From Minisyncoccia bacterium (GTDB taxonomy: Bacteria > Patescibacteriota > Minisyncoccia > Phycocordibacterales > PALSA-1337), in the NCBI GenBank assembly GCA_044228445.1, contig JBGAUV010000002.1, positions 19,219 to 83,218 of the forward strand: a stretch of DNA of 64,000 nt, in the 5' to 3' direction. The translations under genes were made by a program, and so were the position numbers. This document shows positions 50,228 to 60,059 of this stretch, piece by piece. A model generated the notes under the pieces. That model had not been told where the DNA came from and ran no database searches. It was given only the letters and a program-made list of their open reading frames with translations. Position 1 is the first letter of the stretch, and every line of letters starts with the position of its first letter.

Positions 50228-52033
50228 ATGTCTACAACAGTAGAAAAAATAAAAAAGAAGTTAACTATTGAGGATGTAGTTACTTCATATATAAAAGTGG
50301 AAAGGGCTGGCAAAAATCTAAAGGCCAAGTGTCCTTTTCATAATGAAAAAACTCCAAGCTTTTATATATCTCCAGATAGGGGTAGCTATTATTGTTTCGG
50401 TTGTGGAGCAAAAGGGGATATATTTACTTTTGTTGAACAGTTTGAGGGTCTGGATTTTATGGGGGCTATGAAATTGCTTGCTGATAGAGCAGGTGTGCCT
50501 ATTGTAATTGAAAAACCTGAACATGCTAGTGAAAAAGAAAGACTTTATTCAATTATGGAAGAAAGTACAAAATTTTTTGAAGAAAATCTAAAAAATTCAA
50601 AACTAGCACAAGACTATATAAGATCTAGAGGTATAAAATATGAAACAATAAAATTATTTAGAATTGGTTATGCACAAAATGAATGGAGAACTCTGTATAA
50701 TCATTTGAGAAATAAAAAATTCAGTGATTCTGATATCGAAAAAGCTGGTCTAGTAAAACGTCCTGAACAAGAGAATAGTGATTATAAAAAACAAATAGAA
50801 AAAACACCTTACGACAGATTCAGAGGCAGGGTAATGTTTCCTATATCCGATTCTAGTGGAAGGGTTATTGCTTTTTCTGGAAGAATAATAGTTGATGATG
50901 GTAAATCTGCAAAATATCTAAACAGTCCTGATACTCCACTGTATACAAAATCTACAGTTCTATACGGTATTGATAAAGCAAAACATGATATAAGGGTTAA
51001 AAATTATTCAATTATGGTTGAAGGTCAAATGGATCTTGTATTATCACACCAAGCAGGAGTAAAAAATACTGTAGCAGTTTCTGGTACAGCGCTTTCCGAT
51101 TCTATTTTTTCAAAAGAGAATATAGTAAATAACTTGGGTATTGTGCGCCGCCTTTCGCAAAACATTATTTTGGCTTTTGACTCCGATAGTGCGGGGCGAA
51201 AGGCGGCACTTCGTTCAGCAAAAATCGCTTTAGGAATAGGTATGGATGTAAAGATTGCAGATTTACCAGAAGGAAAAGATCCAGCAGATCTGGTAAGAGA
51301 AGATGTGGAACAGTGGAAAAACGTTTTGCGCAAAGCAAAACATGTGGTAGAATTTGAACTTGACGCCGTCATGCGGGATTCAGGACAAGCAAAGCTTGAT
51401 CCAAGGAAAATTCCTACCGCAATTCGGATACATATACTTCCATTTATAGCCTCCATATCTGGGGCGATGGAAAAATCACATTTTATAAAGCTAATTAGTG
51501 AAAGAACCGGTCTTTCATATTCTTCTATTACTGAAGATCTTTTAAAAGTTGAAGAAGAAATTCAATTAAAAGAAAAAGATGAAGTAAAAAAAGATAATGG
51601 AAATAAAACACAAAATTCAATAAAGAATGAAATAAATAGAATTGATGCAGTAACATTAAGACTATTTGGTTTATTATTTTATATTGAAAAAAATAATATT
51701 AAAGATATAGACCTTCAAAAAGAGTATGAGTTTATAGAAAATATATTGGGAAAAGAGCGGTTTATTAAACTAAAAGAGGATAATGAAATTATAAAGGATA
51801 ACTTACTCATTGAAGCAGAGGTTTTATATGAAAAAAATAAAAATATAAATAATGAATTGAATGAACTTAAGTTAAATTTTGAAGAAGATTATACAAAACA
51901 AGATTTTATGAAAGCAATGAGTGAACTCAGTAAGGCAGAAAGAGGAAAAGATGAAATAAAAATTGATGAAATAGGAAAGAAAATACAAGCACTTACAGTA
52001 AGACTAAATGAACTTTCAAAGAGACGAAAATAA
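50228..52033 (+). CDS. dnaG: DNA primase
   Basis: The CHC2 zinc finger (CPFHNEKTPSFYIS...YYCFGCGAKGD), the RNA polymerase domain and TOPRIM (MVEGQMDLVLS, AFDSDSAG) are present. Confidence 0.9.
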   Translation: MSTTVEKIKKKLTIEDVVTSYIKVERAGKNLKAKCPFHNEKTPSFYISPDRGSYYCFGCGAKGDIFTFVEQFEGLDFMGAMKLLADRAGVPIVIEKPEHASEKERLYSIMEESTKFFEENLKNSKLAQDYIRSRGIKYETIKLFRIGYAQNEWRTLYNHLRNKKFSDSDIEKAGLVKRPEQENSDYKKQIEKTPYDRFRGRVMFPISDSSGRVIAFSGRIIVDDGKSAKYLNSPDTPLYTKSTVLYGIDKAKHDIRVKNYSIMVEGQMDLVLSHQAGVKNTVAVSGTALSDSIFSKENIVNNLGIVRRLSQNIILAFDSDSAGRKAALRSAKIALGIGMDVKIADLPEGKDPADLVREDVEQWKNVLRKAKHVVEFELDAVMRDSGQAKLDPRKIPTAIRIHILPFIASISGAMEKSHFIKLISERTGLSYSSITEDLLKVEEEIQLKEKDEVKKDNGNKTQNSIKNEINRIDAVTLRLFGLLFYIEKNNIKDIDLQKEYEFIENILGKERFIKLKEDNEIIKDNLLIEAEVLYEKNKNINNELNELKLNFEEDYTKQDFMKAMSELSKAERGKDEIKIDEIGKKIQALTVRLNELSKRRK

Positions 52034-52056
52034 ATTTAAATAATAATTAAAATAAA

Positions 52057-53268
52057 ATGGCAAAAAAACAAATAAAAAAAGCAAAAGTAAATAAAGTTTC
52101 AAAGAATGTAAAAAAGGTCTCATTTAAAACAAAGACAAAAAAATCAGCTCATAAGTCAGAAAAACAGACAAAAAAGACTGGAAATTCAAAAAAGGAAATA
52201 GAAATAAAAGCAGAAAAACTTATATCAAAGGGTAAAGAAAGAGGTTTCGTTACTTATGATGAAATTTTGAAGGAATTTCCAAATGTAGAACAAGATATAA
52301 ACTTTCTTGATGATCTATACTCAAAATTATCTACAGCCGGAATAGATATTTTAGAGGGAGGGGGTTTGCTTGAGGTAGAAGCACCAGAACCAGTAGTAAA
52401 GAAATATTCTTATGGTTCAAGAGGTGGTGATTCTTCTTATGATTCAATTCAAATGTATTTGAAAGAGATAGGACAATATCCACTTATATCAGCTGGTTCA
52501 GAAAAAGATTTGGCAAAAAGAATTCAAGCAGGGGACATGGAAGCAAAAAATCTTCTAGCTAGAGCAAACCTACGTCTTGTAGTTTCTATTGCAAAAAAAT
52601 ATGTAGGAAGAAGTCCAGACTTAACACTACTTGATCTTATTCAAGAAGGTAATCTAGGTCTATTTAAAGCAGTAGATAAATTTGATTGGTCAAAGGGTTT
52701 TAAATTTTCTACATATGCTACATGGTGGATACGCCAAGCTATTACTCGTGCACTAGCTGATCAATCAAGAACAATTCGTGTTCCAGTACATATGGTTGAA
52801 ACAATAGCAAAGTATAAACAAGTAGTACGTAGATTGTCTCAAGAACTAGGTCGTGAACCACTTGCAGAAGAAATTGCAATAGAAATGGGTCTTGATGTTG
52901 ATAAAATATACAACATTGAAAAGATTGATCAGGATGTGGTATCACTTGAAACTCCAATAGGAGAAGATAGTGAAGATGGTAAATCAACACTAGGAGATTT
53001 TCTTTCAGATGATAAAATTCTTTCACCAGATCAAGAATCTTCAAGAAGAATATTACGTGATCAAGTAAATATGATAATGAATGATCTTTCAGAAAAAGAG
53101 AGAAAGATACTAGAAATGCGTCATGGTCTAAATGATGGAATAACACACACACTAGAAGAAGTAGGAAAAGAGTTCGGAGTTACTCGTGAACGTATACGTC
53201 AGATTGAAGCAAAAGCTCATGAAAAGATCCGCCAGCACGATAAAGTAAATCAGCTAAAGAATTACTAA
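52057..53268 (+). CDS. rpoD: RNA polymerase sigma-70 family primary sigma factor with Lys-rich N-terminal region
   Basis: Region 1.2/2 ([15 protein letters not shown]), region 2.4 ([17 protein letters not shown]...[16 protein letters not shown]) and region 4 ([19 protein letters not shown]) are present. The N-terminal 60 aa are poly-Lys. Confidence 0.9.
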   Translation: MAKKQIKKAKVNKVSKNVKKVSFKTKTKKSAHKSEKQTKKTGNSKKEIEIKAEKLISKGKERGFVTYDEILKEFPNVEQDINFLDDLYSKLSTAGIDILEGGGLLEVEAPEPVVKKYSYGSRGGDSSYDSIQMYLKEIGQYPLISAGSEKDLAKRIQAGDMEAKNLLARANLRLVVSIAKKYVGRSPDLTLLDLIQEGNLGLFKAVDKFDWSKGFKFSTYATWWIRQAITRALADQSRTIRVPVHMVETIAKYKQVVRRLSQELGREPLAEEIAIEMGLDVDKIYNIEKIDQDVVSLETPIGEDSEDGKSTLGDFLSDDKILSPDQESSRRILRDQVNMIMNDLSEKERKILEMRHGLNDGITHTLEEVGKEFGVTRERIRQIEAKAHEKIRQHDKVNQLKNY

Positions 53269-53319
53269 TAGCAATTTGCTTTTCCAACTAGGTTTGCCAT
53301 AATTGTCATATAATATTGT

Positions 53320-56265
53320 ATGACTGATAACTTTACCAACCTATATAAAAGACTAAATAAAGCTCAAAAGGACGCTGTAGACTCTATAGAAGGCCCTATA
53401 ATGGTCATAGCAGGTCCAGGAACCGGTAAGACGACTATTCTAACATTGCGTATAGCAAATATACTAAAACAGACGGATACACCGCCAAATGGTATTTTGG
53501 CTATTACATATACAGATGCAGGTGTAAAAGCTATGAGAGAAAAGCTAGTTTCAATAATAGGTGATAGAGCTCATGAAGTAAGAATACACACATTTCATGG
53601 TTTCGCTTCTTCAATAATAAATGAACACCCAGATCATTTTATTCATATTCAAGATATGAAACAGATGACAGAAATTGAACAAGAACTCTTAATAAAAAAT
53701 ATAATAGATAAACCAGAATTTTCTGATATTAGACCTTTAGGAAAACCAGATGCATATATAAGATCAATTATTGGTAGTATAGACGACGCAAAAAGGGATA
53801 ATTTAAAACCAAGTGATGTAAAATCTTTTGCAGAAAAAGAAATAAAAAGAATAGAAAATGATGAAGACTCAATATCAAGTAGAGGAGTAACAAAGGGTAA
53901 GTTAAAGGCTTTAGCAATTGAAAATATAGAAAAATGTAAAAAGACAATTCTATTTTCAAAAGTCTATGAAATATATGAAATAGAAAAAGAAAAAAATAAG
54001 AGATTAGATTTCAATGATTTAATCACAAACCTTGTACAAGGATTAAAAAATGATGAACAATTATTGAGATTAATTCAAGAACAATATTTGTATATACATA
54101 TTGATGAACATCAAGATACAAATGATTCTCAAAATTCAATAATATCAATGATTGCAGATTTCTTTGATACACCAAATATTTTTATTGTAGGTGATGAAAA
54201 GCAAGCAATTTATCGTTTTCAAGGAGCTTCAGTAGAAAACTTCCTTTTACTTAAAAAGAAATGGCCAGATATGAAGCTTATTTCTCTTGATACGAACTAT
54301 CGTTCAAAACAAAATATTTTGGATGCTAGTTTTAAAATGATAGAAAATAATTATGAAGAAAATGAAAATAAAGAATTAAGAATTCCATTGAAGGGACATA
54401 AAATAAATTCTGATATAGAAGAAGATAAAAATAGTGTAACTATAGTAAATGGAAATGATATAGGTTCGATAGAACATTATTTAATACAAGAAGTACAAAA
54501 TATAAGAAAAGCTAAACCTGAATCTAGTATTGCTATTATAACTAGAAGAAATAGAGAACTCGATAGAGTAATAAGGTTATTTGAACAAAATAATATACCC
54601 ATATCTTCAGAAAGAAGTATAGATATTTTTCATCATCCTATTGGAATATTGTATTTTGATTTACTTGAATATGTATATGATTCCAATCGTATAGATATGC
54701 TTTCAAAAACTATTGTTTCAGGAATGTGGAATATATCATTTGAGAAATCACTAAAAGTCTTAAAAGATATTAAAAGTGGAAATATAGAAAATATTGAAGA
54801 AGTTTTATCTGGAATTTCAAAAATCAGAAAAGAAATAAATAATGATAGCTCTATTAACTTTTTAATAAATATAGCAAGTTATTCTGGTTATATTGATATA
54901 GTTGCAAAAGATCCAATATATATAAATGTTTGGAAGGGTATATTGTCTTTGGCTGAATCCTTGGTTAATGATGCAAATATTCACAGTCCACTGGAAATAG
55001 TAAAAAGTTTACTTGCATATAGAACTTCCGCTGAGACAAAGATGATAAAGGTCTCTGTTGGAACTCCAGATACAAGTATATTTGCTATGACAGCACATGG
55101 AAGTAAGGGTTTGGAATTTGATTATGTATTTATTCCTTATGCAAATGAAGATACTTGGATAGGTAAAAATCGTGGAAGCTCTTTTGTTTTACCAAAAAAG
55201 CAAGCAAGTTTTAGTGATGTAAAAGATTTAAGAAGATTGTTCTATGTTGCAATAACTAGAGCAAAAAACAGGGTAATTATACTAAATTCTCTTGAAGAAA
55301 TAGATGGAAAAATACTCACACCACTTAGATTTTTATCTGAACTACCAAGTGAAAATATAGAATATATAAGTATAGAAGAAAGTAATAATGAAAAGTTATT
55401 AAATAAAAAAGAAAAAGATTTCGATAAAGAAAGAGAAAATAAAATAATTGATATTTCAAAAAATGTTCTATTAGAAAAAGGTCTTTCAGTTACAGCGCTC
55501 AATCACTTTTTAAATTGTGAAAATACTTTTATATATCAAAGCATATTAAAACTTCCTCAACCGCTTACAACTTCTTCAGAAAAAGGTAATGCTATGCATG
55601 ATGCAATTTCTAAAGTATGGACTTTAAGTGAAAAAACAGAAGAAAATATACTTAATAAAATTTTAGAAAGAATAAATGAATATTTAAAACAAAGCTATTT
55701 AGAAACTCAAGATAAAGAAAGGGTAAAAAAAGAATTAATTGAAAATGCTCCGAGTGTTGCAAATTCATTATTAAGTCATTTCCAAACAAAAGGTAGTGTA
55801 TATACTGAACATTGGGTTGAAAATAGTTTTTCATATAAATATAAAGATCAAATAATTAAAATACCAATTCATGGAAAACTAGACGCTATTATTGATAATG
55901 GTAATGTAGTTTATGTTTTTGATTATAAAACTAGAAAAGCAATGTCTGAATCTAGTATAAAAGGTGATACAAAAAATAGTGATGGGGGTTATTTTAGACA
56001 ACTTGTATTTTATTATATTTTATTGAAACAAGATCCAAGGTTTAAAACTAGAAGAATAATTCCAAGCCTTGTATTTATTAGTCCAGATGAAAAGGGCAGA
56101 TGCCCTATTATTAGTCTACCTATTTCTGACGATGATATTAAAAAGGTAAATGAAGAAATAAATAGCCTTATTGAAAGTGTTTGGAGTGGTGATATTGTAA
56201 AACAATACTGTGATGATAGTGCTTGTGAATGGTGTTCTCTAAAAAGAGCTGTTTTGAATTTATAA
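53320..56265 (+). CDS. UvrD/PcrA-family superfamily-1 helicase fused to a C-terminal Cas4/AddB-like PD-(D/E)XK nuclease with Cys cluster
   Basis: The N-terminus has Q-motif and Walker A (AQKDAV...IAGPGTGKTT) and helicase motifs (DEHQDTN, VGDEKQAIYRFQGA). The C-terminus has GKLDAI...YVFDYKTRK...YFRQLVFYY (nuclease motifs II/III and QxxxY) and Cys residues NCENT...CDDSACEWC, consistent with a 4Fe-4S site. Confidence 0.8.
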   Translation: MTDNFTNLYKRLNKAQKDAVDSIEGPIMVIAGPGTGKTTILTLRIANILKQTDTPPNGILAITYTDAGVKAMREKLVSIIGDRAHEVRIHTFHGFASSIINEHPDHFIHIQDMKQMTEIEQELLIKNIIDKPEFSDIRPLGKPDAYIRSIIGSIDDAKRDNLKPSDVKSFAEKEIKRIENDEDSISSRGVTKGKLKALAIENIEKCKKTILFSKVYEIYEIEKEKNKRLDFNDLITNLVQGLKNDEQLLRLIQEQYLYIHIDEHQDTNDSQNSIISMIADFFDTPNIFIVGDEKQAIYRFQGASVENFLLLKKKWPDMKLISLDTNYRSKQNILDASFKMIENNYEENENKELRIPLKGHKINSDIEEDKNSVTIVNGNDIGSIEHYLIQEVQNIRKAKPESSIAIITRRNRELDRVIRLFEQNNIPISSERSIDIFHHPIGILYFDLLEYVYDSNRIDMLSKTIVSGMWNISFEKSLKVLKDIKSGNIENIEEVLSGISKIRKEINNDSSINFLINIASYSGYIDIVAKDPIYINVWKGILSLAESLVNDANIHSPLEIVKSLLAYRTSAETKMIKVSVGTPDTSIFAMTAHGSKGLEFDYVFIPYANEDTWIGKNRGSSFVLPKKQASFSDVKDLRRLFYVAITRAKNRVIILNSLEEIDGKILTPLRFLSELPSENIEYISIEESNNEKLLNKKEKDFDKERENKIIDISKNVLLEKGLSVTALNHFLNCENTFIYQSILKLPQPLTTSSEKGNAMHDAISKVWTLSEKTEENILNKILERINEYLKQSYLETQDKERVKKELIENAPSVANSLLSHFQTKGSVYTEHWVENSFSYKYKDQIIKIPIHGKLDAIIDNGNVVYVFDYKTRKAMSESSIKGDTKNSDGGYFRQLVFYYILLKQDPRFKTRRIIPSLVFISPDEKGRCPIISLPISDDDIKKVNEEINSLIESVWSGDIVKQYCDDSACEWCSLKRAVLNL

Positions 56266-56295
56266 ATTGTTATACACATACCAAGTACGAACTAT

Positions 56296-56323
56296 TTGAC
56301 TTTATTTTATTTTGTGATATAAA
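56296..56323 (+). promoter_or_regulatory. sigma-70-like promoter (TTGACT, 16 nt, TATAAA)
   Basis: The promoter lies upstream of the 73-aa membrane ORF, which also has a clear Shine-Dalgarno AAAGGAG 7 nt before the ATG. Confidence 0.4.
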
Positions 56324-56354
56324 GTTAGAGAACTGTTCAACAAAGGAGTAAAAA

Positions 56355-56576
56355 ATGAATTTTTTCAATATTAGTTGGTTTGTGGTCGGTTTTGTCACAG
56401 CTGTGCTAATCTATTACAGGTCAGATAGATTCAGTGGTAAGCTGGATTTTGATAAGAGGGATATTTTTATAATATCTCTTGTAACAATGTTCGGATATCT
56501 TTCTTTACTATCTGTGGTTGGCACATCTATTTTGGACAAGTACTGGCCGACGAGTGATGGTGAAAGAGAAGAGTAA
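56355..56576 (+). CDS. small two-transmembrane protein (hypothetical)
   Basis: The 73-aa ORF has hydrophobic N- and C-terminal segments. It has its own promoter, a Shine-Dalgarno sequence and a terminator. Confidence 0.45.
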   Translation: MNFFNISWFVVGFVTAVLIYYRSDRFSGKLDFDKRDIFIISLVTMFGYLSLLSVVGTSILDKYWPTSDGEREE

Positions 56577-56580
56577 CCAA

Positions 56581-56618
56581 AGCCCCGCGTGATGCAATCA
56601 CGCGGGGCTGGTTTTTAT
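56581..56618. terminator. bidirectional intrinsic terminator
   Basis: The sequence is aaaGCCCCGCGTGATgcaaTCACGCGGGGCtggttttta. Confidence 0.65.
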
Positions 56619-56636
56619 CTTTTAAAATTTAATAAA

Positions 56637-57410
56637 CTATAAACCCAAAATACCTTTCGAACTATCTTCTTTTATAATCGCATCCAAAGCTTGTTTTAAA
56701 CTATCATATGATTGAGCGCCTTCTACTTTAATACTTTGTTTACCTTTCGAAATAATAAAACTTGTAGGAGTACCTTCAATACCAAGATTTATTCCATCAT
56801 TATACTGGCTTTCAATTTTTTCTTTGAACTTACCACTAACCATACAATTATTAAAATCATCAACATCAATACCAACGCTTTTTGCAATTATTGGAAGTTG
56901 TTTTTGATCAAGACCATTTGGAGTATCATTTGTAACTGAAGGAGTAACTTCATATACCTTATTTATAAAATTCCAAAATTTTTCATTACCACCAAGTGAA
57001 GCAACACATTCACTAGCATGAGCTTCATTTCCCGCATTTGGGTGAAGTGCGCTACCATCAGGTCTAGTGCCTTGTTTATCAATAGGAAAATGACGATAAA
57101 CCCAAGCAACCTTACCAGATCTACCATATTCATTGATAATCTTTCTCATACTTGAATGAAACATTTTACAAAATGGACAAGAAGTATCAGAATATTCAAC
57201 TATTTTAATTAAAGCATTAGGATTACCTAAAATATGATCACTTGCAGTAACTGCTTTTACAGCATTTGCTTCAAGTCCCGCTATTGGATTGCCACCACTA
57301 GGTATAGTTTGATTTTTTGAAGTCCATATTATTGAACCAGCTATTATCGCTCCTGCAATTACAATAGCAGTGGGGATATTTAATATTGAACCTTGTTTAT
57401 TTTGTTCCAT
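56637..57410 (-). CDS. DsbA-family thiol:disulfide oxidoreductase (thioredoxin fold, CPFC active site) with N-terminal membrane anchor
   Basis: The sequence has SCPFCKMFH, an N-terminal transmembrane helix and a cis-Pro region. Confidence 0.75.
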   Translation of the reverse strand: MEQNKQGSILNIPTAIVIAGAIIAGSIIWTSKNQTIPSGGNPIAGLEANAVKAVTASDHILGNPNALIKIVEYSDTSCPFCKMFHSSMRKIINEYGRSGKVAWVYRHFPIDKQGTRPDGSALHPNAGNEAHASECVASLGGNEKFWNFINKVYEVTPSVTNDTPNGLDQKQLPIIAKSVGIDVDDFNNCMVSGKFKEKIESQYNDGINLGIEGTPTSFIISKGKQSIKVEGAQSYDSLKQALDAIIKEDSSKGILGL

Positions 57411-57444
57411 TTTATTTATTATTATATTTGTATTGTAACATTTA

Positions 57445-58029
57445 TTAAAAAGGTAGAGTAAATGTCATAGCGGTTTCCATTTTTTCTTCCCATTTTTCTG
57501 GATTTAACTTTATTTCTTTAATTTGTCCTTGTGCACCTAGATCTTTATATAATAGTTTTTTATTCTTGATTGCATAATCATAAAGTTCTTTTGTAATCCT
57601 TACATCTTCTATACAATACTTTATTATTTTATCTATTTCACCATTTTGCCACCATGTAATAGCTTCAAGACCATGTCCAGCTTTATTTTTACCGAGAGTA
57701 GCTTCTGCCAAAGTATCGAGTTTTATTCTTCTACCTAGTGAATTCCTAACCTCAACCAAAAGATCAAGACTTTTTATTTTTGTTAAATCTCCAGTGTAGT
57801 ATTTATTTAATAAAGGAATATCAAAATGATCACCATTGAAAGTTATAAGCATATCTGCTTGCTCAAGAATAGGCCAAAGTTTCGGAAAATCATTTTCTAA
57901 ATAGCTAGTATATGTATCAGTTAATGAATCATGAATACATACCACAGATATATCGAGAGCAGCTGGATCATTTGAACCAACATCACTAAAAAGATTTTTT
58001 GTTTCAATATCAAATGTAATCTTTCTCAT
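57445..58029 (-). CDS. RNase H-like 3'-5' exonuclease (PolB-exonuclease-like/YprB family)
   Basis: The sequence has FDIETKNL, FNGDHFDIPLL and YCIEDVRITKELY, a DEDD-type acidic residue pattern. The start abuts the hisS stop. Confidence 0.6.
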   Translation of the reverse strand: MRKITFDIETKNLFSDVGSNDPAALDISVVCIHDSLTDTYTSYLENDFPKLWPILEQADMLITFNGDHFDIPLLNKYYTGDLTKIKSLDLLVEVRNSLGRRIKLDTLAEATLGKNKAGHGLEAITWWQNGEIDKIIKYCIEDVRITKELYDYAIKNKKLLYKDLGAQGQIKEIKLNPEKWEEKMETAMTFTLPF

Positions 58030-59292
58030 TTAATTTTCTTCTATTTTTCCTGTTTTTAAATTCTTTACTTTATATTTTCCTGTTTTAACTTCTTCTTCAC
58101 CGATTACTATAAGTCTCTCAACATTTCTTTTATCAGCAGATTTTATTTGTTCACCTATTTTCTTATAACTAAAATCTACTATTACTTTTTTACCATTTTT
58201 CCTTAAATCCTGAGCAATATCATTTGCAAAAGGGGATTGTTCTTTACTAATTACAGCAATATATATATCTGCATTTGAATGAACCTGAGGTAAAGTCTTA
58301 TAAGTTTCCATAACATCTTTTGCAGTTACATCTCCTAGTCCAAAACCGACAGCAGGTACCTTTTCTCCACCAAAAAGTGATAATAAATCATCATATCTTC
58401 CTCCACCGCATAATGATCTTCTATTTTCTGGATTTTTATCGAATATTTCAAATACAATACCTGTATAATAATCAAAACCACGCATTAATGTTTGATCAAA
58501 AACAGCATTTGTGATTCCAAGTTTTTCAAGCATGTCTATAACTTGTCTTATTTCACTTATGCCCTCATGTTCGTCTTTTGTTTGAGGAAGATTTTTTGTA
58601 AATTCTTCAAAGTTTCTTGAATTCAATAAAGCCATCATTATAGGAGCCTTTTCACCAGTTAATTTAACTATTTCTTCTTTAAAGGTATTACCATCAATCT
58701 TTCTTTTTTTATCAATTAATTTTGAAATAGCATGACTATTTTTACTATCAAGACCTAGCACATCTCTAGTAACATAGTTCATTAACTTTCTATTATTTAT
58801 ACGTATTTCAAAATCTGTATCCTTAAGACCGCTCGCTTTTGTAATATCATAAGCGATTTGAATTACTTCAGTTTCAGCATTTAGACTCTCAACACCAAAG
58901 ATATCTACATTTAATTGCCAGTGTTCGCGTAGTCTACCTTTTTGAGGTTGTTCATAACGAAATAGATTTGGTATTGAATACCAACGAAGAGGGAAAGCGA
59001 GTTCTCTTTTTTTACCCGCAACCATACGAGCTACAGTCGGTGTCATTTCTGGTCTCAATGTCACCTCTCTTTCGCCACGGTCTATAAAAGTATATGTTTG
59101 TTCATTTACTATTTCTTCACCAGACTTTGCTTTATATAGTTCAGCGGGTTCAAGTACAGAAGCCCCGTATTCTTCATAACCATATTTTTCAACACATTTT
59201 CTCCATATTCCAAATATATGGTTTTGTACAGCCATTTCATTCGGATAAAAATCTCTAACCCCTTTATAACTCTCAGTTGATAGCTTTTTCAT
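58030..59292 (-). CDS. hisS: histidine--tRNA ligase
   Basis: Class II motifs are present (GVRDFYPNE, FRYEQPQKGRLREHWQLNVDIFG, GGGRYD) with a C-terminal anticodon-binding domain. Confidence 0.9.
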   Translation of the reverse strand: MKKLSTESYKGVRDFYPNEMAVQNHIFGIWRKCVEKYGYEEYGASVLEPAELYKAKSGEEIVNEQTYTFIDRGEREVTLRPEMTPTVARMVAGKKRELAFPLRWYSIPNLFRYEQPQKGRLREHWQLNVDIFGVESLNAETEVIQIAYDITKASGLKDTDFEIRINNRKLMNYVTRDVLGLDSKNSHAISKLIDKKRKIDGNTFKEEIVKLTGEKAPIMMALLNSRNFEEFTKNLPQTKDEHEGISEIRQVIDMLEKLGITNAVFDQTLMRGFDYYTGIVFEIFDKNPENRRSLCGGGRYDDLLSLFGGEKVPAVGFGLGDVTAKDVMETYKTLPQVHSNADIYIAVISKEQSPFANDIAQDLRKNGKKVIVDFSYKKIGEQIKSADKRNVERLIVIGEEEVKTGKYKVKNLKTGKIEEN

Positions 59293-59324
59293 TTTTTTGT
59301 ATTAATATAGGTATATTAACAAAA

Positions 59325-60047
59325 ATGATTACTCTTTACAAAAATATAGGTGAAACACCTTTGGAATGTCTTGAAAGGTATAGAAAGACAAAGCCTGAAT
59401 TAAAAGATATTCCTATGACATATGCAGGAAGACTAGATCCTATGGCTCAAGGATTGCTTTTGATTTTAATAGGAGATGAATGTAAAGAAAAAGAAAAATA
59501 TCTTGGTTTTGATAAAGTTTATGATATTGAAGTTTTATTTGGAATAAAAACAGATACCGGTGATGTTTTAGGAATAATTAGTGAAGTTAAAACTGATAAA
59601 GTTAATATCAATAATATAAATTTAAATAAATATAAAGGAAGTTTTGAACAAAGTTATCCTATTTATTCATCAAAAACTGTAAATGGTGAACAACTCCATA
59701 CTTTGGCTAGAAGGGGAGATTTACCCGATGAAATACCAACAAAAAGTGTTGAAATATATGACATTATAAACCTTGGTCAATATGATATTTTAGGTAAAGA
59801 TCTTTCAAATAATTCGATTTCAAATATAAATAAAGTTAATGGAGATTTCCGACAGAAAGAAATAATAGGTAAATGGGAAAACTTTAAACAACAGCATGGT
59901 GATATTACTTTTCAAGTAATAAAACTTAGAGTTTCATGTAGCAGTGGTACATATATGAGATCATTAGCTGAAAGAATAGCAAAGGAACTGGGTAGTATAG
60001 GGATTGCTATTAGTATAAATAGGATAAGACTTGGGGATTTTGTTTAG
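59325..60047 (+). CDS. truB: tRNA pseudouridine(55) synthase
   Basis: The TruB catalytic motif is TYAGRLDPMAQGLLLILIG, where Asp is the nucleophile. The start was moved to ATG 59325 because the ORF-track start at 59277 overlaps the hisS start. Confidence 0.85.
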   Translation: MITLYKNIGETPLECLERYRKTKPELKDIPMTYAGRLDPMAQGLLLILIGDECKEKEKYLGFDKVYDIEVLFGIKTDTGDVLGIISEVKTDKVNINNINLNKYKGSFEQSYPIYSSKTVNGEQLHTLARRGDLPDEIPTKSVEIYDIINLGQYDILGKDLSNNSISNINKVNGDFRQKEIIGKWENFKQQHGDITFQVIKLRVSCSSGTYMRSLAERIAKELGSIGIAISINRIRLGDFV

Positions 60048-60059
60048 TTTGATGTCTTT

